Assembly: GCA_004431415.1 (NCBI GenBank) | Contig: QPMI01000307.1 | Coordinates: 1 to 59,825 of the forward strand | Reading direction: 5' to 3' | Length of the DNA: 59,825 bases | Source of the DNA: Cyanophora paradoxa CCMP329 | Taxonomy: Eukaryota > Plantae > Glaucophyta | Shown here: positions 46,058 through 57,646 of the stretch, piece after piece | How positions within the stretch are numbered: position 1 is the first letter of the stretch | How the letters are laid out: each line of letters starts with the position of its first letter | Translations under genes and position numbers: made by a program | Notes under the pieces: generated by a model | What the model was told of the DNA's origin: nothing | The model's database searches: none | The model's input: the letters and a program-made list of their open reading frames with translations, nothing else

Positions 46058-48046
46058 ATGGTTGTCGAGACCCGTGGCCGCACGGCCACTCGCGCAGCCT
46101 CGGAGGCGGGACCATCGCGGTTCCAGAGTGCACCTCCCGACCCGCGCCAACCGGAGGCGCCAGCAGCTACACCGGTAGCTACAGCGGTAGGAGATGCGGG
46201 CTCGCAGCTGCAGACGACCTCAGATCTGCAGCCGCCCGTCGGATCGCCCCTGCGCCAGGGCTCGCCTCGCACTCCGCGCAGGCCGAGCAGCAGCATCCCG
46301 GCGGCCCGCCGCTCCTCCTGCGTCGACAGCGAGGCTGCTGCAGCAGACTTCGCACGCGGCTGCCGCCCCCCCGCACCCGCGGGCGGGGTTCCGCGGCCGC
46401 GCCGTCGACCCCGGCATCCGGATCCGCGCCGCCTCAGCCCGCCCCGTGCTCGCACCTCGCATGCCGGAGGCCCGAGCTTCGCGCGCGCCGCCGGCGGGAC
46501 CCCTCGCAGTCCTGCCCGGCCCCGGATCGCCGGCCCCCGTGGTGGATCTGTCACAGCTCGGCCCGATGCTGACCCAGCAGCTCGCGGCGAGCGTGCAGCA
46601 GGCGACCGCCTCAGCGGTCGCGGCAGCGGTTGCTCCCCTGACGCGCGACCTCAGCGCCCTCGTGAGCGCCGTCGACCAGCAGCGCATGGTGCTGGCGCAG
46701 CACCAGAGCCTGCTCGAGCACGCGCAGCGGCCCGCCCAGCCCAGGTCACGCACCTGCCGCTCGAGGCCCCTGCCCCGCTGCCGGCCCCGGCACCCCCGCC
46801 GGCGCGGCCCTGTCCCACCACGTCCCCACGGCGACCGCCGCCGTCCCTGGTGCTGTATTCGTCCCGCGGAGCGCACCGTCCCGCCCCTTCGTGCACGGCG
46901 CCGCCGCCGACCCGCCGCCCACATCGCAGACCGATGTCGATATCTCTCAGGCGGTGTCGCAGGCACTGGCGCGCGCCCTGCCGGCGGCGCTCGCAGGGGC
47001 CGGCTTCGCGTTCGGGGGTGCCGGCGCTGCGCCCCCCTCGACCGACGGGAGCGCTCGCGTCAGCACCCTTCCCGCGCGCATCTTCACAGGCCCGGCCGGT
47101 GAGCGCCTCGTAGCGGCGATTCGGGCGGGGGGCCTTTCGAGCTCCGTAGGCTCTTTCTAGACCCCGTCTTCTCCCCTCCGCCACCCAGTCGGGCCTCGCG
47201 TCCTCCGCCGCGGACGCCATCGCGGTGTCCCTCGACCCCGTCTCGGGCCGGCTGGTCCTCCAGGCGCACTCCGCCTCGTCCAGCACCGGCACACAGCGCG
47301 AGCAGCTCGCCTTCCCCGACCTCCTCCTGTGCCTTCAGCTCCTCGCCTTCCAGATCTCCACGGACACCATGCTGCCGGCGGAGGAGCGCTGCCGCCGCCT
47401 CGAGGCCCTGTCCCGGCTGCAGTACGAGATCATCGTCCTTGCCCGCACGCTTCCGTGGGAGCGGGTCTTCCCGTGGGTGCAGCATCACCTTGCTGACGCC
47501 CTCGCCTGCGCCGAGGACGCCGACGGCCGGTACCGCGCCCTTGGCCACCACAGCATGGCTCTCCTCGCGCGCAGCCTGCCCGAGGGGGGGCTCGGGCTCG
47601 GGGGCCCCCTCCCCTTTCACGCCGGCAGCATCATGGCCTCGGCCGCCGCCGTCGATGCAGCCGCCCGTCCGGCCGGCGGCGGCCGGGCGTCGCGCTCCAG
47701 CGCCGCGGCGCGCCCCGCCGCGGCCTCGGCGGTCGCCGCGCTCGCGTCCCCGCCCGGCACCGCGCCCAGCGGCGACACTCGGGCCGCCTCCGGCTCCGGC
47801 CGCTCGCGGTCCCGGGCCGTGCAGGATGCCCTCGACCGTGGCGCCGTCTGGCACACCGAGGACCCGCGCTACTTCGGCGTCAGCCCAGCCATCTGTTGGT
47901 GCTTCAACCAGGGCATCTGCAAGAACGCCGTCAGCGACGGCGTCTGCTTCTTCGGGCGCCACATCTGTGCCCAGTGCCACAGCCGGGACCACCCCGACTG
48001 CGCGCGCCGTACCGCCACCGGCGCCGGCGCCGTCGGCCCTTCCTGA
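46058..48046 (+). CDS. Gag-like ORF1 of copy 2 (apparent indels)
   Basis: MVVETRG... to ...GAVGPS*, with the same Cys/His finger as copy 1. Confidence 0.8.
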
Positions 48047-50387
48047 GCACCCCCCGCAGGCGGCCGCAGTTCCCGCTCCCTGCGGCGCGCCAGACGCGGA
48101 GCATCATAGGAGCCCTCCGGAGGCGGTGGCGCCCCCTCTGGCGGCAGCGGTGCGCCCATCGCCGCCGTCCCCGCCTCCGCCCCTTCGGTCTCGGTCGCGG
48201 CCCTCCCGCGGCTAAGTCCGATCGCCCCCCCCTCGGCATCTTCCCCCCGGGCTTCGCCCGTCCAGGCACCCGGTTTTGTACCGGCGTCCGCTGTCCCGGG
48301 CCGTTGCGTCCGGCGGCCTAGCGGACAGGACGTCGTGTCTGTTGTCTCCGAGACCCGCAGTTCGAGTCCGACCGGGTCCACTTCCGCCGCTTCGATTCCG
48401 GAGAGGCGCGCTTCCACGGCGACCGCCGTCGACCCCCCCCACGACCCGCGCTCGATTCCCGCCGGGTCCTCTTTCGCTGCTTCGGCTCCGGAGCGGCCCG
48501 TTTCCACAGCGACCGCCGGCGCCGCCGCCCACGCTCCCGACCCGCGCTCGATTCCCGCCGGGTCCTCTTTCGCCTCTTCGACTCCGGAGCGGCCCACTTC
48601 CGCAGTCGCTGACGCCGCCGCGCCCGCGGGCACGCGCGCCCGCGCGCACACGCGCATCCGCAAGCAACCGCTGGCCCCCCTTTCGACACGACTGTCCCGA
48701 CCTACCCCACGAGTGCTGTCGGCGGCGCCCCGCTCCCGTCGGGACTGGCGCCCACGCCGGTGCACCTCCCCAACCTTCTGGCCGCGCTGGCCGACCATCC
48801 AGACCCACGCTCGCTACCCGCCTGGCCCAGGGCTTCACCCGCGGCTTCCCTCTGCTCTACCGCGGGCCGCCTTACTCGGCGGTCCACAGGCCCCATCCCA
48901 CGGCGCTGGAACATCTCGACGCCGTGCGGGCGGACGTCGCCAAGGAGCGGGCGGCGGGACGCATGGCCGGCCCTTTCCCGCATCCGCCCTTCGCCCCCTT
49001 CGTCGCCTCGCCACTCGGCGCCGTGCCGAAGAAGCGCTCCAACCCACCCAAGTGGCGGCGCATCACAGACCTATCCTATCCCCGGTTTCGCGGCTTCAGC
49101 GTCAACCGCGGCATCGACAATGCTCCCTTCACTACACCTCCCTTCGGTGGCAGACGCGATCGAGCTCATCATCTCCCTGGGCCGGCTCACGCAGCTGGGC
49201 AAGGCCGACGTGCGGGACGCCTTCCGCCTCCTGCCGGTCCGCCCGGAGGACTACTGGCTGCTGGGTGCCGCCCTCCCCTCCGAGGATCCCGCCCGCCCCG
49301 GCGCGTACGACTTCTACTACGACATGGCTCTCCCATTCGGTGGCCGCTCCTCCCCGCGCACGTTCGAGGACCTCGGTCAGGCCCTCGACCACGCCCTCCG
49401 TCGGGGGGGCGTCCTCTTCCTGCGCTACGTCGATGACATCCTCGTGCTCGGGCGCCCCGGCACTGCCGAGTGTGCACGGTCGATGGAGGCCCTCCAGGCC
49501 ATCTGCTCCCACCTGGGCATCCCGCTGGCTGCGGAGAAGCTGGAGGGGCCCGCCTTCCGCCTCGTCTTCCTCGGCATCGAGCTCGACACCGACGCGATGG
49601 AGGCGCGCCTCTCGGCCGGCCGCTACGAGGACCTCGTCTCGCTCCTCGGCAGCTGGGAGGGAAAGCGGCACGCCACCCGGCATGACCTCCAGTCCCTCGC
49701 CGGTCTCCTCACCTCCGCCACCGCCGTCATTCCCCCCGGCCGCTTCTTCCTCCAGCGCGTGCTGAGTCTCATCTCTGCCCTGCGCGAGGACCACCACCGT
49801 GCCACGCTCCACCCCGGCTTCCACGCAGACCTCCGTTGGTGGCGCTTCCTGCTTGCCGAGCGGCACGGCGTCCGCCTCCTCCCCGCCTCAGCCCGCTGGG
49901 CCGACTCGCGGGAGCTACGCCTGGAGACTGATGCCAGCGGCGTGGGCTTTGGCGCCGTCTTTGGCGACGCCTGGCTCTTCGGCGCCTGGGCCGACCACCC
50001 CGACATCCCTGCCAGCATGCCCTGGCGCGAGCTCATGGCGATCGTCATCGCCGCCGCCACGTGGGGCCCCCAGTGGCACCGCCGGCGGATTAACTTCCAC
50101 ACTGACTGCGAGCCGGTTGCCCTTGCCATTGCCAACGGCTACTCCCCCCGCCCCGGCTTCGCCACCCTCCTCCGCACCCTCTATGCCCTTTCCGTCCTCC
50201 ACTCTTTCGAGTTTCGCGCCACGCACATCGCTGGCCTGTCTAACGTCCTGGCCGACCCCCTCTCCCGCCTCCAGATCGAGCAGTTCCGCCGACTGCACCG
50301 GTCAGCGGATTCTTTGCCGACCCCCGCCTGCTGGCCGTCGATCGACCCTTGCCGCCCTCGCCACGCACCTCTACATGTCCGGCTTAG
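48030..50387 (+). CDS. Pol (RT + RNase H) of copy 2; the frame is open upstream into gag, so the start is uncertain
   Basis: LGKADVRDAFRLLPV, LPFGGRSSP, LRYVDDIL, LETDASG, WRELMA, FHTDCE, NVLADPLSR. Confidence 0.9.
48442..48595 (+). repeat. In-frame ~96-bp-period repeat in the pol N-terminal extension (DPRSIPAGSSFA)
   Basis: cgacccgcgctcgattcccgccgggtcctctttcgc at 48442 and 48538, plus a more degenerate third unit near 48360; also present in copy 1. Confidence 0.85.
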
Positions 50388-51359
50388 CGGCCAGCACCCG
50401 CAGGAGCTACTCGTACCCGCAGCGCGAGTTCATCGAGTTCTGCCTCCAGCGGGGTCTGCACGACAGGCAGGGCTCGGTCCTGCCGGCGTCGGAGGCTACA
50501 CTCTGCTTCTTCGCGGCGCACCTCTTCCGCCGTGGCGGCGTCGCCCCGCCATCCATCCGCACGTACATCACGGCCGTGCAGTCGCTGCACGTCGACTCCG
50601 GCTTCAGCACTTTCTGGGCTCCATGCCGCGCCTCGCCCGGCTCCTCGAGGGCATCGCCCGCGTGGCCGACCCTCGCCCCAAACTCTGCCGCGACCCGATC
50701 ACGCGCGGACAGCTCAGTGACCTCGCCCAGTATGCAGCCGCCCACCCGTCACCTGAGACGCGGCTCCTCTGGGCCGCCTTTTCCACCGCCTTCTTCGGCT
50801 TCTTCCGCTGCAGCGAGGTCTGTGCTGTCCGCCTCCCTGTGCCCGACCCGGCCCGGCTCTTCCAGCGCCGCGACCTCCGCTTCTTCACGGACGAGGGCGA
50901 GAGCTTCGCCCGCCTCCGCCTGAAGAAGTCGAAGACCGATCAGCGAGGCCAGGGCTGTGACGTCGACATTCCCCATGTCGGCGGCCTGGAGTGCGCTCAC
51001 TGCGCCCTCGAGGCCCTCGCCCTCTCCTGGACGGGCCCGCCCGCCCTGACGCCTACATCTTCGCACATGCCGCCACCGGCCAGCCGCTGACCCGTTCGGA
51101 GCTGCATGCCGCCCTCCGCAACTGGCTCCACGCCCTCGGCTACGCAGCCGACCCCCTGCTGCCGCACAGCTTCCGCATCGGCGCCGCCACCGCGGCGTTC
51201 GAGGCCGGCCTCCCTGACTACGCTATCCAGCTCCTCGGCCGCTGGCGGTCCGACGCTTTCCAGCTGTACATCCGTGCGCGCCCCGAGCTCGTCCGCCGCC
51301 AGCGGGGCCTCCTCCTCGCCAGCAGCCACGCGCCCCCAGCCGCAGTGCCCTCCAGCTGA
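50375..51359 (+). CDS. Tyrosine recombinase of copy 2 (two apparent 1-nt deletions)
   Basis: MSGLAASTRRSY, FFRCSE, KSKTDQ, HSFRIGAAT, GRWRSDAFQLYIR. Confidence 0.92.
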
Positions 51360-52460
51360 CCTTCATTCATCACACACCTCTCTCCATGGGTGCCAGCGCG
51401 CGGCGCCCACTTCGCAGCCGCCGCCCGCCTCGGCGCCTTGGTCCTGCCTCTCCCCTGCTTCGCGTACCCTAGGCCAGACTGCCGTACCCAGGACAGGTGT
51501 TGCGAACTAGCCCTAGTTCACGTACCCCTCTGCCTGCTACGGACTCTAGCCCAGTTTCACGCTCAGGATTTTCACAGGCCCGAGGCAGTCCCCTTCTTGG
51601 CACCCATTTCGAGTTGTGTATGCATATACTAGATTAGCATATGACCATGCTAGCGACGCAGAGCTCACAGCACTGCGGGGAGTGTACCCCTCTATTGCTA
51701 AGAGTAAACTCGCTAGGGTTGATTGATAGTAAAGTAGTTTACTTAGGTCAACCCGCGAGTAGACGTAGAGCAGCTGTACCCGAGGCACGACTGCCCGCCC
51801 TCTTCAGTTGTTGTACCCGAGTGCGCCGTCGCGCCTCGAGCTCTCCCACCCGACCCTACCCTATGTATACGGCGCCTTGGTCCTGCCTCTCCCCTGCTTC
51901 GCGTACCCTAGGCCAGACTGCCGTACCCAGGACAGGTGTTGCGAACTAGCCCTAGTTCACGTACCCCTCTGCCTGCTACGGACTCTAGCCCAGTTTCACG
52001 CTCAGGATTTTCACAGGCCCGAGGCAGTCCCCTTCTTGGCACCCATTTCGAGTTGTGTATGCATATACTAGATTAGCATATGACCATGCTAGCGACGCAG
52101 AGCTCACAGCACTGCGGGGAGTGTACCCCTCTATTGCTAAGAGTAAACTCGCTAGGGTTGAGACGTGGGTGTGTCGACAGCGATACCCCCCGAAGACTCG
52201 TCTCACTTCGACGGCACTCCGCAGCCTTCCGACGGCTTACACAAAGCTGCCGCATCTCTCCGAGCCGGTTTTGCACGCTTCAGAGCTCTAGGCGGGCGGC
52301 TGGATTTGAACTTCAGCGCGCCGCCGCTCGGAGAGGATGGCGCTCTCGCGGGCGCACTGACGCCTGCAGCCTCACATTGCGTAGTAAGAATCGATCTGTA
52401 GTCTCGGAGCGCGTGCAGCTGTCGCCATTGCGGCATAGCTAAGGCGTGAGCCGTGCAGAA

Positions 52461-54838
52461 ATGCCGATGCCCTGCTTATCGGCGGGGAAATCCGCTGCTC
52501 CCACGTTCCTCGAGTCTGCCGGAGAGGACACGCTGCAGTTCGTGCGGTCGGTGCTGGAGTCGTCAGGCCGCGCGTGGGAAGAGTTCCAGACCGCACCGCC
52601 GCCGCAGGCACATTTCGAGGGCCACCTGCTCACGCGACAGGTGAATCCTGCGTGCGGCACTCGCCCCTCTGCGGGAGCTGACCCGCAGCAGATCCGGGAT
52701 GCCGAGGCGCTCGCTCAGCTCGAGGATGAGCTGAGCGCCGCGCGAACGGCGGAGCAGCTGGCGCAGCAGGCGCGCGCCGAGGCGGAGGGGAAGCTGCGCG
52801 CGCTGGAGGAGCGGCACGCGTCGGACATGACGAAGACGGCCTCAGCCGTGGAGGAGTCCCTGTGCGCACGGCCGGCGGGCCCCGCCGCGCGGCCCCGCGC
52901 TCACCCGCCGCAGGGCGCTGATGGAGCAGCGGACGGAGGAGAACCGAGCGCTGAAGGCGCAGGTGCAGTCGCTGACGGAGCGGCTGGAGCGGGCGGAGGG
53001 GCGCGGAGCGGAGGCGGAGCGGGAGCTGCGGGGCCTTCGGGAGGTCTACCGCCTCCTGCAGACGATGCCCGAAGTCGCCGAGCGCATCGAGCGCACCCGC
53101 CGCGAGCAGCGCGCCTCCGTCCCCCTCCCCGAGCCCGGCTCCGACAGGTGCGCCGCTCTCCGGCCGCTCCGCTCTGCTCTCACCGGCCGGCCCCGACCCC
53201 GCGCAGGCCCTCCCCCGCGGCGCTCCTCGCGGTCCCCGCGCTGCCGCCGCATGGCACGGGCCTTAGCGCCGTGACAGGCGAGCTCGAGAAGACCCGGCGG
53301 CAGGTGCCTCGGGGCCGGCACCCTTCCTGTGCCGCCGCCGCCGCTGACGCCGGCGCAGCTGCAGGGGGCCCAGCAGCGGGCGGCGGACCTGCAGGTCAAG
53401 GCGGAGCGCATCGCGGAGGAGAACGGTCGCCTGCGGGTGGCCCTCGCCAGCCACGCCCGCCGCTCGGAGGCCAAGGCGAGGCCGCCCCGCGCCGCGCGCC
53501 GCTGCGCGCCTGACCCGCGCTCGAGCGCAGGCTGCGGCGCTGACGACGGAGCTGGCGGGGCGCGGGCGGCGGTGGAGGCGCTGCAGGCGGAGCAGAGGCG
53601 GGCGGCGGAGGCGGCGGCCGGCCAGGCGCGCTACGTCGCCCGCCTCGAGTCGAACCTGCTCGCCCTCGGCCGCCGCCTCCAGCGCCGCCAGATCCGCGCC
53701 GCGCAGCGCGCCGCCAGGGCCAGCGGCGACCCGACCAGTGGCCCTCCTGGATGCCCCCGCCCGGCGGCCCTCCGCCGGCTCCGGCGACGAGAGCGACAGC
53801 GACGGGCCGGGCGGCAGCGGCGGCGGCGGGCGGGGCGGGCGGGCGGCGCGGCACACGAACAAGGGCGTGCAGGCGCCGTCGCCGCGGAAGGAGGAGGAGG
53901 AGGGGCGGGCGGAGAAGGGCTGGGCGCCCGCGAGCGGCGGGAGCGGGAGCTCGACCGGCTGCGGGCCGCCGTCGCCTCCCTCTCGCCGGCGCCGCCGGGG
54001 CCGCAGCCGGCGGGGCCGAGCGGCTTGGAGGAGGAGGAGGAGCGGGTGCACCTCTCCCGCCTCCGGAACGACCTTCACCGCGTGCGCGCGTCCCGCCCGG
54101 CGCCCCTGCGCTTTCTATCGGCGCCGACGGGCGGGCAGGTCTCGCGCGAGATCGAGCGCTCCGTGGAGAGCCTGCGCGCCAGCGCCGGCGCCGGCGCCGG
54201 CGGCGAGGGGGCAGCCCGGGGCGCAGGCGCGAGCGCGGCTCGGGCGGGCCGGCGGCGGCGGCGGCGAGGCGCGGGCCGGAAGGGCAAGGGGAAAAAGTGG
54301 GGCCCGGACGCCACAACCGCCCTCTACAAGCACCACGCCGTGAGGCCCGCCGCCCCGCCCCGCCGCGGGACCTCACGCCGCGCAGCGCTGCTTCGACCGG
54401 GGCCGGCCTCGAGCTCCCGCTCCCCGCGCCGCCAGCCGAGCCGCTCGCCGAGCCCGGAGGCGGGGCCGGGGCCGCGGGCGAACCTCGGCGCCGAGTTCGC
54501 ATGGCTCGAGGGGCCGGGGACCGCGTGTGCGCCCTCCCCGGGCCCCGCTCCGGGCGGAGCCCCTCGCCGGCCCCGCGGCGCCGCGCGCCGGCCCCGACGG
54601 CCTCGCGGGAGGAGGGTTCGGGACGGAGGGCGAGGGGCGGCCGCGGCCGCGGGGCGGGGCGCCCTCCCCGGCGACCCTCGCCGAGATGCCGCCCGGCGGC
54701 GCCCGCTCGCGCTCCTCGTCGCGCTCGCCCCTGCGGCCCAGCCCTAGCGAGCCGCCCTTCCTCCCGGGGGGGCGCCAGTGGGGCGGGGCCCTCCCCATGG
54801 TCCGCCGCGCCGACCCACCCCCCTGGGCCTTCGTGTAG
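52461..54838 (+). CDS. Unknown coiled-coil protein (multi-exon)
   Basis: Codon-biased E/R/L/A-rich heptad exons (IRDAEALAQLEDEL..., ENRALKAQVQSLTERLE..., ERIAEENGRLR) separated by short introns; ends PPPWAFV*. Confidence 0.7.
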
Positions 54839-54940
54839 CGGCAGACCGCAGTTCGGAATTCGTAAATTGAATCACATGGAAGGGAGCTCTCCGGGCTCAA
54901 GGTCGCGGGGGCGTGGGGCGGCGGGCTCCTCTGGCGCGGC

Positions 54941-57433
54941 TCAGGCGTCCTCGATCTCCTCGAGGTCGTCGAGGGCGGCCTCGTCGTCGGAGAAGCCGAG
55001 CTCCGCCATCGCCGCCTTCAGGCTCGACGCCGACGCCGCCTGCTGCCGCGGCACCGACCCCAGCGGCGTCCCCTGCTGCGGCCCCTGCCCCTGCCCCCCG
55101 CCAGCCGCCCGCTGCGGCGTCGCCTCCTCCTCCTCCTCCTCCTCCTCCTCCTCCTCCTCGTCCTCCTCGTCCTCCTCGTAAACGAGGCGACCGGTCACCC
55201 GCGGGGCCTCCGCCGCCGGCGCCGGCGCCGGGGCGGGGGCCGGGGCCGGGCGGGGGCCGGGGCGAAGGAGACGGCGCGCCCGGGGGAGGCGGCGACCGGC
55301 TCCTCCCCCTCCTCCTCGTCGTCCAGGTCCCGGATCTCCTCGACCCCGAGGTCGCTCCCTTCCTCGGAGTGGGCGAAGGGGGCCGGAGGGGCAGCAGGGA
55401 GGGGCGCCGCCCGGGGCGGGCTGGCGCGGCGCGCGGGGACGGGCTCGGGTGAGTACGTGGGCGAATCGTCCTGGGGCGAGTCCGGCGGGAGCGGCACCCG
55501 CGGGGCCGACGGGCGCGCCGCCGCCGGGGCCGGGGCGGGGGCCGGGGCGGGGCCGGGGCCGGGGCCGGGGCCGGGCCGGGCCGGGCCGGGGGTGCAGCGC
55601 GGGCGGGGCTGTCGAAGCGGGCGGCGGAGGTCGGCGGCGAGCGGCCGAGCGGTCCCGGCCGGCGAGGGGCGACGAGAGGGGCGCCGAGGCAGAGCGCGGC
55701 GGGCTCGGGTAGCGGGGCGGGCTGGGTAGCGGGCCGGGGCGGGCGGGTAGGCGGGGAGGGGCGGGCGGCGGCCGGCAGCGCCGGCTCGGGCGCGTACCCG
55801 AAGGCGCGTGCGGAGGTGGGCGGCGAGACGCCCAGCGGGCGCTGCGGGGCGGGGAGGCCTCCCAGCGCCCCGCGGCCCCGGCGAGGCCCCGCTCGCCGAG
55901 CGCCGGGCGGCGGCGGGGCGAAGACGCGCTGCGAGCGGTCGCGCAGGTCGCGCGCCTGTCGCCGCCTCAGCCCAGCGGGGCGCGGCGGGCGGGGCGGGCG
56001 GGGGGCGCACGAGGGCGCGCTCCTCGCGCTGGCGGGCGAGCCAGGCCTCGCGCCGCGCGTGCGCCTCCTCCCGCAGCCTCCGCAGGCCCCCGTACCCCTC
56101 GTTGATCTGCGCCCCCGCGTCACCTCGGGCTTCGGCTCCGGCGCAGGAGGCGGGGGATGCGGCGCGCCCGCTCGCGCATGTCGCGGCGCTCGGAGATGAG
56201 CCGCGCCACCGCCGCGCAGGCGTCCGCGTAGCCGCGCCGCAGCGCCTCCACCTGGCGCCGGCGTCAGGGGAGGGCGGGGCGGGGCCTGCGCGGGCGGCTC
56301 GCCTCGGCGCGGAGGGCGTCCTCGTCGGCGCGGGCGGCCTCGAGGGCGCGCTCGGCGGCGCGCAGGCGGCCCCGCAGCGGCTCGTGCTCGGGGCGCCCGG
56401 CGCCGCCCTCGAGCTCGGCGAGGGCGGGGGCGCCCCCGCGCGCAGCAGCGCCTCCGAGAGCGCCGCCCGCGCCGCGTTCCGCCCGTCCATCGCCGACACC
56501 TGCCGCCCCCGCTCGCCCGTGCGGGGGCGGGTGCTGGGAGGGGCGCGCACGGTGCGCTCGCGGGCGGCGGCGAGGCGGGCCTGGGCGCCGCGCTGGGCCT
56601 CCTGGGCGCGCTGGCGCTGGGCCTCGCGCTGCTCGACGTCGGCGTTGAGCTGCAGCAGGCCGCGCTGCAGGCCGGCCACCTCCTCCCCCAGCTGCTTCAG
56701 CCGCCGCGCCACCGCGTACGACTCGGGCCCTCCCCCGCCTCCCCGAGGCCCGCGTCCAGCCCCAGCCGCCGCCGCTGCTCCAGGTCCCTGCCCCGCCCTC
56801 AGCGCGCCCCGCCCCGCCGCCGGCGAGCGCTGGCCGGCACCTCGGATCTCCGCGGCGGCGGCGTGGACGTCGGGGAAGAGGCGCGCCCCGGGGTGCCGCT
56901 CCGCGAGCGACCGCACCAGCTGCCGCAGCGCCTCAGCCAGGCGCCGGCCGGCGCGCGACCCGAGCGGCGCGCGGGGCCTCACCGCCCGCGCGGCGTTCAG
57001 CTCGCGCCGCTCCTGCGGCTGCACGCGCTCGCCCTGCGACACGGCGCCCTCGAGGAGGTCCTGGACCCTGCGGGGAGGCTCTCGGCCGCGCGTGCGTGCC
57101 CCGCGCGCGCCGAGGCTCACACGAGGTAGACGCGCTTCCCTGCGGCGACCTCCGCAGCCGCCTCGACCAGCGCCAGGGTCCCCCGCTCGCCCTCGCCTGC
57201 GGAGCGGTCGTCCTCGGCAAGGGCTCCGGGCCGCATGGCCGCGCGATACTCGCACCGATAATGAAAAGGTTGTACGCGTAGCTCGGGAGGCCGTCCGTCT
57301 TGTCGGCCTGCGCCGACGGCAAGGTTACCGTTGCGGAATTCAGTGCGGGCGAGCGACGTACCAGCTCGTAAGGCACGCCCTCGTGTTGCAGCGCCACGCC
57401 CGCCCCATGCGGGCCGACAAGCCGCACCGCCAT
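54941..57433 (-). CDS. Unknown coiled-coil protein with Pro-rich and poly-Glu C-terminus
   Basis: MAVRLVGPHGAG...; exons VQDLLEGAVSQGERVQ, LKQLGEEVAGLQRGLLQLN, INEGYGGLRRLREE; (GAG)n tract at ~55123-55177. Confidence 0.65.
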
Positions 57434-57646
57434 AGCCCTACGAGGCTCACGCGAGGAAACTGCCGTGCGGTGAGCGGGCTGGCGATTCTGAGCGGCTCGG
57501 AGCCCAGGGCTCACTGAGGAGTCCTGCGGGAGGCTGGTCTTCGTAGTGACTAGGCGCACTAGGCGCGAACGTGCGCAGACCTTCGAATCCTAATCGGGGT
57601 TCGAATCCGGGAAAGTGCAGTTCGTGGAGGGAAGTCGCCGGGAACG

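Larger units (their letters stand above)
45909..52161 (+). mobile_element. Full-length Ngaro-like tyrosine-recombinase retrotransposon, copy 2 (6253 bp)
   Basis: A1 45909-46032, B1 51431-51722, A2 51723-51844, spacer 51845-51869, B2 51870-52161. Near-identical reverse complement of copy 1. Confidence 0.93.

Noticed and set aside
39747-51359. Frameshifts in gag, pol and YR, and in several host genes, as evidence of pseudogenes or programmed frameshifting
   Set aside because: They are mostly 1-nt losses in homopolymers and occur at different places in the two copies, which fits sequencing or consensus error. Raw reads are needed to confirm.
37969-52161. Fold-back or chimeric-read artefact as the origin of the inverted repeat
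   Set aside because: The symmetry stops exactly at the element termini, the spacer and outer flanks are unique intact genes, and the copies have base substitutions. Not fully excluded without reads.
57545-57620. tRNA gene
   Set aside because: A T-loop-like sequence is present, but I could not build T-stem, D-arm or acceptor-stem pairing.
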